In this document: positions 9,963 to 20,042 of the stretch, in pieces
How the letters are laid out: each line of letters begins with the position of its first letter
Position numbering within the stretch: position 1 is the first letter of the stretch
Virus record (IMG/VR): IMGVR_UViG_3300029305_004466
Strand: one strand, 5' to 3'
DNA: 64,000 bases
Origin: a virus
Taxonomy: Duplodnaviria; Caudoviricetes
Translations under genes and position numbers: made by a program
Notes under the pieces: model-generated
What the model was told of the DNA's origin: nothing
Databases searched by the model: none
What the model saw: the letters and a program-made list of their open reading frames with translations, nothing else

Positions 9963-10424
9963 ATGGAAACTGTAAAAGTTTCTGGTGCTGATTGCATCAA
10001 TGTAACCGTAACACCAATTGACGCTACTGCTGATACTCCTGTTGTAGAGGCTAAGGTAGAAGTTAATGATGAATTTCTTAATAAGTTCAGTGATGAACCA
10101 TTAACTGAAGACCCAGCAAAAGCTAAGAGAAAATTAAAGAACCTTATTAAGTTTCTCAAGTCTGATAAATTTGAAGACAGAGTTAATAGAGAGGCTTACA
10201 AGAGAGGCATTCCACCAAAACAGGTTGCTACTAATGCTATCTCCAAAGCCTTCGGCATCGTTGGCGATATCTTAGGTATTGCAGTTGATACTGTAAACCA
10301 TACTCTTAATGGGCTTATCACAATGTTAACAGATATTTTGCACGGTACTGTTAATATGATTACAAGAGCAGTAAATGCTTTATGTAGAATTCTCACTTTT
10401 AATCAGAGTGCTGTATGTGCATAA
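9963..10424 (+). CDS. hypothetical protein
   Basis: GAAAGGAG RBS. Confidence 0.75.
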   Translation: METVKVSGADCINVTVTPIDATADTPVVEAKVEVNDEFLNKFSDEPLTEDPAKAKRKLKNLIKFLKSDKFEDRVNREAYKRGIPPKQVATNAISKAFGIVGDILGIAVDTVNHTLNGLITMLTDILHGTVNMITRAVNALCRILTFNQSAVCA

Positions 10425-10569
10425 CAACTAACGGCTCCCGTTCGGGAGCCTAATAGTAACTTTAAGTGCTCCCATTCGGGAGCTTAGTAGAAAATCAAAA
10501 CACTTTATTTTTGTGGGCTAACCCTTCCACAATAAATAACTAGGGTACGCATAAGGAGGCGTAATAATT

Positions 10570-11289
10570 ATGTTTAGAAGTAATGCAGAAGTTAGAACAG
10601 TATGGGTTAAGGATTTGGTTACAGAAAAGCGTCAGGGACCAAACGGTGAGTTTGATGCGAAGAGCATTTTATTCCGTGTTGCATCCAATCGTAACTATAC
10701 CCGTACAGTACTTAAGGACGGTCAGCAGGTTGAAGAGTATCCTACAGACTTTATCCTTTGCCGTGCTAACGGTAAGACAGCGGAAGTTATCGCTAACAAC
10801 TGTAAGGCAGTTGATGAGACAGGCAAGCCTATCAGCCGTCACTTAAATATTTACGGTCACATTGAAACTTTCGTACAGGACAGAACCTTTAAGGTTGAAA
10901 ATCTTCCTGTTGGTATCAATGGTCAGACCTACAATCTTACATTTGATACTACTCAGAAAGTTGACGGACACATCTTTATCGTTGATGAAGTTGAGTTCCT
11001 TGACCCTAAGCCACAGCCAAAGGTTGTCGCTAGTAACGGTGCTACAGTAAGCAATGTTCAGGTTCAGCCTGCTAATGTTGCTACTACTACCGCTACCGAT
11101 AACGCTAATGTTGCTGTAAATGCACAGCCAGCACAGGTTGCTGTTCAGCCTCAGGCTACAGAACAGACAACAACAGTTGCTTCACAGCCAGCACAGCCTC
11201 AGGCTACAGTTGCTCAGACTGTTGTTGCTGGTATGATGAACCCACCTACAGTTCCAGAGGGTTATACTGGAGAACATTGTGCGTGGTAA
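10570..11289 (+). CDS. SSB-like OB-fold protein with low-complexity A/Q/T tail
   Basis: FRVASNR..., TDFILCRANGKTAE, IVDEVEFLD pattern. Confidence 0.7.
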   Translation: MFRSNAEVRTVWVKDLVTEKRQGPNGEFDAKSILFRVASNRNYTRTVLKDGQQVEEYPTDFILCRANGKTAEVIANNCKAVDETGKPISRHLNIYGHIETFVQDRTFKVENLPVGINGQTYNLTFDTTQKVDGHIFIVDEVEFLDPKPQPKVVASNGATVSNVQVQPANVATTTATDNANVAVNAQPAQVAVQPQATEQTTTVASQPAQPQATVAQTVVAGMMNPPTVPEGYTGEHCAW

Positions 11290-11377
11290 TACCTTTAATG
11301 TAGTGTAAGATTTTGTTGCTTTTTCCTTCCAGTCGGGTTATACTTTATGTATAATACCGACTGGAAGGAGATTTTCT

Positions 11378-11935
11378 ATGAAAGAGGAAAGTAAAATGTT
11401 AGATATGAATCTGGAACAGACATTACTGGAAGACGAACACTTCAAGGAGGGTGCTAATGAATATGAAAGAATCATGGAGCAATCCATGGTAATTTCAGAG
11501 GAAATTACATCAGCACTTATAAAGGAGATTGTAAAGACAACCGAAACCGGAGAGAAGGCTAATACACTTACTCTTACAACAGCTATCGCTGCTACGGCAA
11601 AGACGCTTATTAACCTTGTATCTTATGTGTATGAAACAGAAGATGAGTTAAAAGACATTGTTCTTAAATCAAGAGAGGCAGTTGTTAATACTGTTATCCC
11701 AGCATTACTTAATCCACAGCCATGTGGTGAATGTCCAGAATGTAAGAATGGACAGCCATGTTCTAATCCTAATATGGATACAGAACTGTTGCAGACAAAA
11801 TCTCTCCCTGTTCTTTGTGCCGAAATCTTAGAATATGATTTATGGAACAAGACCATGTATATGTATACACAGGGAAGAGAATTATTAAGTCAAGACGGCT
11901 CCGGAGACAAGGCTCAGGAAGAAGGTGAGGCATAA
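11378..11935 (+). CDS. hypothetical protein with Cys cluster
   Basis: CGECPECKNGQPC. Confidence 0.7.
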   Translation: MKEESKMLDMNLEQTLLEDEHFKEGANEYERIMEQSMVISEEITSALIKEIVKTTETGEKANTLTLTTAIAATAKTLINLVSYVYETEDELKDIVLKSREAVVNTVIPALLNPQPCGECPECKNGQPCSNPNMDTELLQTKSLPVLCAEILEYDLWNKTMYMYTQGRELLSQDGSGDKAQEEGEA

Positions 11936-12402
11936 TGCTTACAGAAAGAATTTCAAATCAGTTAAACATAATGCCAGAGAAGTTTTACTTTGACACTTTA
12001 AGACCTTCGTTATACAAGGTTTTAGAAGTTATTAAATTTGACCCAATCCTTGTCAGCACATCTGAAGAAGTAATGAACAAAGCAGACGGTTATGCTGTTC
12101 GTAAAGAGTATAGCAATTTAAAAACAGTATTAGTTCCGTTATCCAATGTTATTTTAGGCAAGAACTATTTCAAAACAGATGCATTTGTTCGTGCAGACGA
12201 AGAAGAAAAAGCTCTTGTCCGTAAGTTATCCAAAGATATGCAGGATATACTTACAATACTTACTTGTACTGAAGAACCTGCTAAAAAAGAAGGTAAAGCA
12301 TCCAGAGAAAGATTAGGATATGACAGTACAAGAAAAGAAAACGTTGTTAAGGATTCTTACAAAGAACCAAAACAAAAGCCGAGAATACCAAATTATAATT
12401 AA
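11935..12402 (+). CDS. hypothetical protein
   Basis: translationally coupled (TAATG). Confidence 0.7.
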   Translation: MLTERISNQLNIMPEKFYFDTLRPSLYKVLEVIKFDPILVSTSEEVMNKADGYAVRKEYSNLKTVLVPLSNVILGKNYFKTDAFVRADEEEKALVRKLSKDMQDILTILTCTEEPAKKEGKASRERLGYDSTRKENVVKDSYKEPKQKPRIPNYN

Positions 12403-12421
12403 ATAAAAAGGAGACTTTATC

Positions 12422-13213
12422 ATGGATGGAATGCCAATTTTTAATTCTATTGAAGATGTAAAGTCCTATCTCAGCAGCACTGATGCACAGCACAGTGCTG
12501 CTGTTATTATGGGCGAAAAAGGACCAATACCTATACCTTTCACAGTTCTTGTAGAGAAATTAGGTATCGACAAAGCCGCAGAGTTTATCTTTGAAACTCA
12601 TGACAAAGGAAAAGAACATGGAATTTCAAAAGAAGAATACTTTGCTATGAAAGAAAAAGCTTTGAAAGACCCAGAATCTCTTACCGAAGAAGAAAAACAG
12701 ATTTTTGTCGTTGCTCACAACATCTTTGAAGGTAAAGACCATCATTTTGATGTAATGAATGATGTTTTAGCTATTGTAACAAAAACCTTTATGGATTTAG
12801 ATTACATTGGTCATTATGGTTCTTTACTGGCTGTATTTTTAACTATGGCTGAAGGTTTGTTAATCACAAATTCCGAAAAGCTTTCTGGTTATCATGAAAA
12901 TCCGGCTATTTACAAAGAAGTGTTGGAAAGTGCAAAAGCTCAGATTAGTTTCCCAGAAGATATGGATGATGAACTTCTTTTGCTTGGTCTGCTTGAAATA
13001 ATCGGAGACCGCTTTATTGTAAAAGATTCTCCTGTATCAAGAAGGAAGAGCGATTACAAAAAGTTTGCAGAAAGACTTGAACTTAATTCAGACATCATTA
13101 ACGATACCTTTTTAGGTAATGAAGAGAATTTTGAAAAAGAAAACCTTTCTGAAACTTCCGAAGAAAAAAGTAAAGTTATTGATGTTAGAAGTCGCATGAA
13201 GGGCTTAAGTTAA
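12422..13213 (+). CDS. hypothetical protein
   Basis: 263 aa, AGGAG RBS. Confidence 0.75.
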   Translation: MDGMPIFNSIEDVKSYLSSTDAQHSAAVIMGEKGPIPIPFTVLVEKLGIDKAAEFIFETHDKGKEHGISKEEYFAMKEKALKDPESLTEEEKQIFVVAHNIFEGKDHHFDVMNDVLAIVTKTFMDLDYIGHYGSLLAVFLTMAEGLLITNSEKLSGYHENPAIYKEVLESAKAQISFPEDMDDELLLLGLLEIIGDRFIVKDSPVSRRKSDYKKFAERLELNSDIINDTFLGNEENFEKENLSETSEEKSKVIDVRSRMKGLS

Positions 13214-13291
13214 TTCTTAAGCCCCTTCGGGGCTTTAATAGTATTTTTATTTTCTTTTAGTCCCTTCGGGACTTTAATAGTATTTTGGGTG

Positions 13292-13320
13292 TTGACACAC
13301 TTTTCTTATTGTGGTAACAT
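13292..13320 (+). promoter_or_regulatory. sigma-A-type promoter
   Basis: TTGACA-17-TAACAT with extended TG. Confidence 0.7.
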
Positions 13321-13336
13321 TCCAATAACAAAATGT

Positions 13337-14004
13337 TACATATTGTATGTTAAGAAACATACATGAATAACCATGTGCATAAGATATCTAATCAATATCG
13401 TCATGGATAAGCCGTATGATAGAGAGAATCATGTGACTGATAGGTTGCATAGATGCTCCTTGTATTAGTAGTAATGTTAATACAGAAGAGGGGAACCCCT
13501 CAACATCAAGGTTTAGTGTATGTTTATACTGTTTGTTAGTGCAGAATGCTTTTGGCAGGAGCAATAGACGCTTACCCGAAAGGTAAGAAGAATCCATTAA
13601 AGCGGTAGCCTGAGAAACTATCACACCTAATGGAACTCTCAAACAATCCTGTTTGTCGTGAATGGAAGAAATTCCAGTATAACAAAAGCATCGCTGGTAG
13701 TAGCCCAAGACAATAAAAGATTTTATTTAATGAAAAAGTGAATCATATAAATAAAAACATTCTGAATGATGGGTGAGGCTTGGAGGTATCAGTCCTCTAT
13801 GAGTTTAAGGTTATAGCTAAGTATGACGAGTATGAGATGCCCTTCGAGGAGCATGTGATACCGCATGGCTGGTTGGCTAGGGTAAGAAGCTTACAGATGA
13901 CGATTTGTAGGTTCAGACTTATTCTCTCATTCGCATAATAAGCATAAGGTATAAACAATAGGATGAAGGTCCATTCTTGTATGTTTCTTAGGGTACAATA
14001 TGTA
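13337..14004 (+). ncRNA. large structured ncRNA, ROOL-like
   Basis: ~670 nt with no credible ORF; 13337-13363 pairs with 13978-14004; follows a promoter and precedes the tRNA cluster. Confidence 0.55.
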
Positions 14005-14156
14005 CCTTGCGACTTTGAATTCGTGTTAAATGCGAGTTCCTTTCAAAGGTTTTTTCCAATAACATTCTAGTGTATAGACCTCTGTTTTCGGACATGTTCG
14101 CACACTGCTATTAGGGTTTTTGCATAGCTTAGGCTTTGGTAGCAGGAGAAAAACCT

Positions 14157-14228
<72 letters not shown>

Positions 14229-14543
14229 TTATCCTCTTAGTAACTTTGCAGAGTTATCTAAGAAAAAGACATAATTAAAGTCTTAGTAAAGTCCTGCAAG
14301 ACTGAAAAGACAATGACAACAACCTTGTGTCTTAGTGGTTCTAATTTGGTTGTAGATGTCAAAGGATTCTGTATCATGATGTGCTGACCTACCAATTTGT
14401 AGGGCTATGATGAGAAGTCTATAGTGGGACTCCTTCTCCAAGTCAGGCTATGTGCAGATGGTAAAAGAGTTGAACCTCACCTAACAGTTGCAGTTTGGCA
14501 GTTTGAATGGCAGCAGGGTGTTAATTAAGAAAAAACTGTCAAT

Positions 14544-14615
14544 GGCTCCTTGGTCAAGTGGTTAAGACATCGCCCTTTCACGGCGGTAACGCTGGTTCAA
14601 ACCCAGTAGGAGTCA
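14544..14615 (+). tRNA. tRNA-Glu(TTC)
   Basis: cloverleaf, loop CTTTCAC. Confidence 0.9.
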
Positions 14616-14730
14616 TTTGGAGAAGAGGTAGGTAAGGTGGCAGGGATGGTTCCCATTGTGTTAGCAGTCGGTCAGAACGCTTTGACGGCAGTACCGCAGC
14701 TTAAAAATCAGTTTAGCTTCTCCAATACAT

Positions 14731-14804
14731 AGCGGGGTGGAGCAGTCCGGAAGCTCGTCAGGCTCATAACCTGAAGGTCGCAAGTTCAAATCTTGCCCCC
14801 GCCT
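14731..14804 (+). tRNA. tRNA-Met(CAT), initiator-like
   Basis: GCGGGGTGGAGCAG 5' end, mismatched 1:72 pair, loop CTCATAA. Confidence 0.88.
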
Positions 14805-14881
14805 CTGTAAGTTAATCCATTGACTTACACCTCACCTTATACCGCAGGCGTTCTTTGTAGCTTTCTCCTGCGGTATATAAT

Positions 14882-14967
14882 GGTAAGATGTCCGAGTGGC
14901 TTAAGGAGCTGGTCTTGAAAACCAGTGATGCGTAACTGCACCGTGAGTTCGAATCTCACTCTTACCG
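14882..14967 (+). tRNA. tRNA-Ser(TGA)
   Basis: long variable arm, loop CTTGAAA. Confidence 0.9.
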
Positions 14968-15182
14968 TTCTAAGTTCGAAAGGTCTTAGTTAAAAAACCT
15001 TAAACGTAAGGATTACAGAGGGCTATGGGTTGACGACCATAGAGCTTACGTTGTGAGAAAACCACAGGTGGCTAATCTGCTTTGTTCTATTAGCATGGAA
15101 AAATAGGAGAGTTAATTGAGCAATTTGTCTCACACAATATTGCTTAGGGCGGCAACCTCATGTCAAAGAAATAGCCAAACAC

Positions 15183-15268
15183 GGAGATTTACTCAAGTGG
15201 TTGAAGAGGAGGACTTGCTAAGTCTTTAGTATCGTAAGGTAGCGAAGGTTCGAATCCTTCAATCTCCG
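15183..15268 (+). tRNA. tRNA-Ser(GCT)
   Basis: long variable arm, loop TTGCTAA. Confidence 0.88.
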
Positions 15269-15514
15269 CTGAGCTGAGGTGCTAGAACTCAACTCTATGT
15301 AATAGACACACCTGTAAAAGATGTTTTGAGATTTAAGACTTCTTTTTGAAAGAAGCCACTGAATCAAAGTACATATCTACCTTGACCAGCTAGGTACGAC
15401 ATCAGTAGGAGGAAGTTACATAGATATGTTGGCAGTACGAAGAACTGTCTGCTTGGAAAATGAAGAATGATGGTCATTCCCGTTTCTACCATTTCTGTAC
15501 GTTAACAGAATTAA

Positions 15515-15588
15515 CGAGATGTAGGTCAGCTTGGTAGACCGCTTGATTTGGGTTCAAGAAGTCGCACGTTCGAATCGTGTCATCTCGA
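15515..15588 (+). tRNA. tRNA-Pro(TGG)
   Basis: cloverleaf, loop TTTGGGT. Confidence 0.88.
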
Positions 15589-16182
15589 CTAGCCAGAACA
15601 GAAGACATTTCGAGTTCGGCAAGAAAAAACTACATAGTCTTCATTAAGAAAGGAGGAATGGTATATGATTATTATTGTTGGCGGATTGCTGTGTTGTATG
15701 CTGTTCTTCCTTGAAGAACGTGTAGGCACAATTACTATTATGAATGGAGTGCCAGAGATTAGTCTAACAGCGGTTAAGTGGCTTTTGAGGTTTAGTCACA
15801 TAAATTCTAACTACTGGCATCCTGAGCCCAGAGTGCTCACGACAGCTTTTGTAGGCGGATTTATATGAATAATGACCTCAAAGAAACCTACTACATTGTT
15901 GAAGTGAGCGTTTAATTATAGAATATAGAATATAAACTAAATTAACAGTCAACACCGACATTATGGCAGTGTCACAGTGAAGAAGGAAAACTTATAAAAC
16001 CCGTTAAGATATTAATCCCCACATATGATAAATTAGGGATTGTTCACTTAAATGGTTAGAAAGAAAGAATAAAATATGTTGACAAAGAGAGACGGCTTAA
16101 TGCCATTAAGCCATAGAACGAATAGAATGAATATTATGTAAACCGCCCCGGTCCCGGTTATGATGTCGGGGCGGTATTTTTT

Positions 16183-16294
16183 GGGACGATAGTTTAATTG
16201 GAAAAATACTGGCATTAGCAATAGCCCGGGATTGCTAGAGACGGAGTTGGAACACCGTATCACCAGAGACAGGAGTTCAATTCTCCGAGTCCCA
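16183..16294 (+). ncRNA. tRNA-like RNA with ~50 nt two-hairpin insert replacing the anticodon loop
   Basis: D-arm, CTGG/CCAG stem, GGAGTTCAATTCTCC T-arm, partial acceptor stem. Confidence 0.55.
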
Positions 16295-16610
16295 CTTTCT
16301 CTTTCTGGGTTCCTGAATAGGAGTAGGCACTCATAATGCTTAGAATTCCTTTGTAAGAGAATATTAAAACTTCCATTATTGATACTGAGTATATTGTAAA
16401 CCTTGTTAATTGATGGACGAGGAGCAATTGTTATCTTTATCAATACAAAACCGATTTGATTCGGATAGGTAAATTGCCGAGGCAAGGTAAGTTATTAGTT
16501 TTGGTAGTCTAATAATAAAGAAGATGTGCTAAGAACAAGGATGGCGGTTGCATGATTAGCCATGGACAATGATTATGCAATGAGGCAGCAAATCGGTCTT
16601 AGCGACCTAT

Positions 16611-16684
16611 GGACCTTTAGCTCAGTTGGTTAGAGCGTCCGGCTCATAACCGGATGGTCGTAGGTTCGAGCCCTACAAGGTCCA
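16611..16684 (+). tRNA. tRNA-Ile2/Met(CAT)
   Basis: GGACCTTTAGCTCAG...AGGTCCA resembles Firmicute Ile2 (lysidine) tRNA; loop CTCATAA. Confidence 0.88.
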
Positions 16685-16890
16685 CTATACCGAGGGATGG
16701 TAGACTGATATAACAGTGGATGACAGCAAAGTTTCGTCTGTCGAAGGGATAGGGGCAATACATGTTACCGCCTATCGTGTAGGTATAATATTACAAAGTG
16801 TATTCGAATGAGTATTCTGTTTAACGGAAGAAAGTCAATCTTAAATGTGAAATATCTATTGACGAGGATATAGTAACAGCTTTGTACTGT

Positions 16891-16960
16891 AGGACATTAG
16901 CTTAATGGTAAAGCACACGACTGATAATCGTGGTCAGCAGTTCGATTCTGTTATGTTCTA
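16891..16960 (+). tRNA. tRNA-Ile(GAT)
   Basis: CACGA-CTGATAA-TCGTG anticodon arm; short variable loop. Confidence 0.78.
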
Positions 16961-17108
16961 TTCGGTGAAAAGCTGATAGATTACTGTCGATAGGGAGGCA
17001 GTTGCCCAGTGAAGGTAGCCGCCAGCTAACGCAGAGTAAATATGAGTATGGAGAACAAGTCCCCTATGATTTGCCATAAGCATACGAAATGGTTAGCTGG
17101 ATTAACCT

Positions 17109-17201
17109 CGGAGAGTAGCTCAGTGGGCAGAGCTTCTTGCTTAGAATGGGTAACTGCAAGTGAAATCCCGTTGGTCATGAGTTCGAATCTCATCTCTCCG
17201 T
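17109..17201 (+). ncRNA. tRNA-like RNA with a possible pseudoknot in place of the anticodon arm
   Basis: perfect acceptor, D and T arms; middle segment has CTTGC/GCAAG and AATGGG/CCCGTT pairings. Confidence 0.6.
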
Positions 17202-17323
17202 CTTTGTAAAGGTAAGTTATGGATGCATAATACTAGGATGAAAGGACTTAACTTTAAATGTCAATCTTCAAAACAGTAAGCGACAGCCTTTACAAAATTG
17301 TATCTTGAAAGGAACATATTTTT

Positions 17324-17548
17324 ATGAATGTTGCATTTGCATCAAAAATTGCTAATCTTATTAAAACTGGTCATTATTGGTCATATGCACATATTGCTGA
17401 AGAGTTGCATATAAATAAAAACACAGTAGCTCGTATTGGGAAAATTTATAAAGATGCCCGATGGAGCATTTATAGTGTTGACCAATTAGCACAGAAGCAT
17501 CACGTTAGCAAAAATGTTATTCGGGCTATTCGTGGTACTAAAGTCTGA
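17324..17548 (+). CDS. small HTH-like protein
   Basis: SYAHIAEELHINKNTVARI and SVDQLAQKHHVSKNVIRAI; GAAAGGA RBS. Confidence 0.65.
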   Translation: MNVAFASKIANLIKTGHYWSYAHIAEELHINKNTVARIGKIYKDARWSIYSVDQLAQKHHVSKNVIRAIRGTKV

Positions 17549-18158
17549 AAAAGTGACACATAATTATTCACAAAAGGGTGAATAACTAATGTTTATTAGT
17601 TTGAAACGGGTTCAAATCCTGATGTGTCACCTCAAGGGGCGATATATGAAAAAAGGTTTACTAAATCGCAAAGGGGCGGTTTTACTGCGGTAATAACTTT
17701 AATCATAATCACAGCTCCCGTGGGATAGATGGCTAAGGGATAGCTAAATCCCAATAGCAGGTTCCAATCGCAAGTTGTCCTGCCAAAAACCAAAAGGTTA
17801 TTGTGATAAGTATCATTTGTATGGAAACATACATGTGAGAAAAAACATCAGTGCTTGACATGCCAAAATACAAGCTGAATGAAGGTTGGTAAATGTATAC
17901 GCCAAAATACATAAGAGGTATATAAATATTAAAATAAATTGGATAATATTCATGATAAAACCGATTTAATATGTGAATTAACACAAGCAGTATATGTACC
18001 CGTTTGTCCAGTGAAGAATGAAGTATGTAACAAGTTGCATATACCATTGGATAGATTCAACCTTCAAGGTTGCCGTGAGACAAAAAGTAGGTATTTAGTA
18101 TGCAAAAGATATCAATGGCACGATAAATGAGTGAAATTCTCATCACTGATGTCAACTT

Positions 18159-18266
18159 GGAGAATTAGCTCAGTTGGCTAGAGCCCTACGAGGAGTTTCG
18201 ATTGGGTGAGCAATATGCTCCTAGACACCAGAAGAAACAGCCCCAGTTCGAATCTGGGATTCTCCA
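18159..18266 (+). ncRNA. tRNA-like RNA with expanded anticodon region
   Basis: GGAGAAT/ATTCTCC acceptor, canonical D-arm, CCCAG-TTCGAAT-CTGGG T-arm, ~55 nt middle. Confidence 0.6.
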
Positions 18267-18631
18267 ATATGACGTTTTAGGGTTTGGGCTCTTACGTAGA
18301 GTTGTTGTCAAATACCCTCATCGCTTCTTATCAGGCGGAAAGAAAACGGGACAACAAGTAGAGGGGGCTGATAATCTCTTCGAAAGTACCGAATATCATT
18401 GATTCTAACAATTGCTAATGTTGCATGAAGCGTGTGCTTCTCTAGCTTCCAACTAGGGCTTAGCCGCTTATAGAATCACAAATGAATGAGTGTGGAAAAC
18501 TCAGGTAGGTGTAACCCCTACTATTCGGTTTGGAAGCATATACCCATTGTGCTTCTTGCCATTATGTGTAAGCCTTTTTTCGGCTAAAGAGAAGGAAACT
18601 CTTAAAAACCAAATTATAGCATTATACATCA

Positions 18632-18661
18632 TTGACACATTTTGTTGCAGTGGTGTATAAT
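18632..18661 (+). promoter_or_regulatory. sigma-A-type promoter within an inverted repeat
   Basis: TTGACA-18-TATAAT. Confidence 0.65.
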
Positions 18662-18971
18662 GCTATTAGTTTTTATGGGAAGGAAACCCTATAATAAACC
18701 GTTAAGAAATTTTCATGTGGATATTTAAAACAAGAGCATGAAGGAGTCGGCATGGTAGCGAAAAAAGCCGAAAGCCTGTCTAATTTCACTTAAATGAAAG
18801 AAAGAAAAGACGAAAGGAAACCTCTACCAATCCCAGTCTAATATTTTGCAAAGGTATAAACTGAACCTGTTATCTATATATCCTAACATCTATACATTAG
18901 GTTTAAGTCGGGCCTGCATTAAAGTAGTCATTAAGTATAGAAATGTTTAAAACTACTGTATTGGACAACTT

Positions 18972-19102
18972 GCCGGAATATGCAAGCGGGTTGCAAGCAG
19001 CTATTTTTTAATAGTGAGTGAAACACATGAGTATAACTTGTGCTGTGACTGTCCTATGTGGGAGTAGGACATTAAAAGGGAGTTCGAATCTTCTATCCGG
19101 CA
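18972..19102 (+). ncRNA. degenerate tRNA-like RNA with large insertion
   Basis: GCCGGA/TCCGGC acceptor and GTTCGAATC T-loop. Confidence 0.45.
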
Positions 19103-19136
19103 CTTACATAATCTTATGGAAAGGAGAAAAATCACT

Positions 19137-19415
19137 ATGAACAAGACTGAATTAGTTAAGGTTATTGCTGATACTCAGGGTATTGCAGTGAAAGATGCTG
19201 AAAAGGCTATTAATGGCTTCATGGAAGTTGTTAAGACCGAAGTAGCAAAAGGCAATCCTGTACAGTTAGTTGGTTTTGGTACATTTACTGTAAGTAAACG
19301 TGCTGAAAAGACTGGTATCAATCCTCAGACTAAGGAAAAGATGGTTATTCCTGCTTGCAATGCACCTAAATTCAAAGCTGGCGAAAAGTTTAAGCAGATG
19401 GTTAAAGAAGCATAA
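19137..19415 (+). CDS. hup: HU family DNA-binding protein
   Basis: MNKTELV..., VQLVGFGTF, RAEKTGINPQT, PKFKAG. Confidence 0.95.
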   Translation: MNKTELVKVIADTQGIAVKDAEKAINGFMEVVKTEVAKGNPVQLVGFGTFTVSKRAEKTGINPQTKEKMVIPACNAPKFKAGEKFKQMVKEA

Positions 19416-19494
19416 TTTCCGGTAGTTAGCGGTGGACGTTTTTACTTTTCTATTTTCATCATCGCTTTATAAAACAAGGACAAGATAGATAGTT

Positions 19495-19569
19495 GTATGT
19501 GTAAGCTCAGTTGGGAGAGCTGGGGCGGAGAACCCGCCTTGTGCGAAGGTTCGAGTCCTTCCATGTGCA
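19495..19569 (+). tRNA. atypical/pseudo tRNA (noncanonical anticodon loop)
   Basis: D and T arms canonical; anticodon loop lacks U33. Confidence 0.5.
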
Positions 19570-19697
19570 ATATTAGCCACTGGTATTATTTTAAATGTAA
19601 CCTAATAACCATTTTAAAAATCTTTGGTAGGCTACATAATCACACCTAACCACAATACTTAATGCCAGTGGTTACTTAAAAAAGGAGGAATTCAAAA

Positions 19698-19856
19698 ATG
19701 AACAGAAACAGAAAGTTAAGCACAGCTACCTATGGACCAAGACACGTACAGCCACACAACCCTTATTCTATGGCTACAAAGTCAGGTATGAAGAAGATGC
19801 ACACAGATAAGACTCGTGGCGGTAATCCTGATGGTAGAGCAAACAGAGATATGTAA
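19698..19856 (+). CDS. small basic protein (52 aa)
   Basis: AGGAGG RBS, ATG 19698, TAA 19854-19856. Confidence 0.6.
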   Translation: MNRNRKLSTATYGPRHVQPHNPYSMATKSGMKKMHTDKTRGGNPDGRANRDM

Positions 19857-19884
19857 TTACATAGCAGGTCTATGACCTGCAAAT

Positions 19885-19957
19885 GGGTCACTAGCTCAGT
19901 AGGTAGAGCACTAGACTTTTAATCTAGGTGTCACGGGTTCGAACCCCGTGTGGCTCA
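19885..19957 (+). tRNA. tRNA-Lys(TTT)
   Basis: cloverleaf, loop CTTTTAA. Confidence 0.9.
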
Positions 19958-20042
19958 CTAGCCCCTTCGGGGCATTAATAGTAACTATTAATAGACGGGT
20001 TTACCGTCTTTTTTATTGGTTTTACAGAAAGGAAAGAGTATA

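Noticed and set aside
13337-14004. RNase P RNA, tmRNA or group I intron
   Set aside because: No GAGGAAAGUCC motif, no tRNA-like ends with a tag ORF, and no interrupted gene
15665-15868. 67-aa hydrophobic ORF in the tRNA island
   Set aside because: It has an AGGAGG RBS but overlaps apparent RNA structure and has no recognisable motif; left unresolved
16965-17100. Hammerhead ribozyme (CTGATAGA...GAAA)
   Set aside because: I could not build three consistent stems around the core by eye
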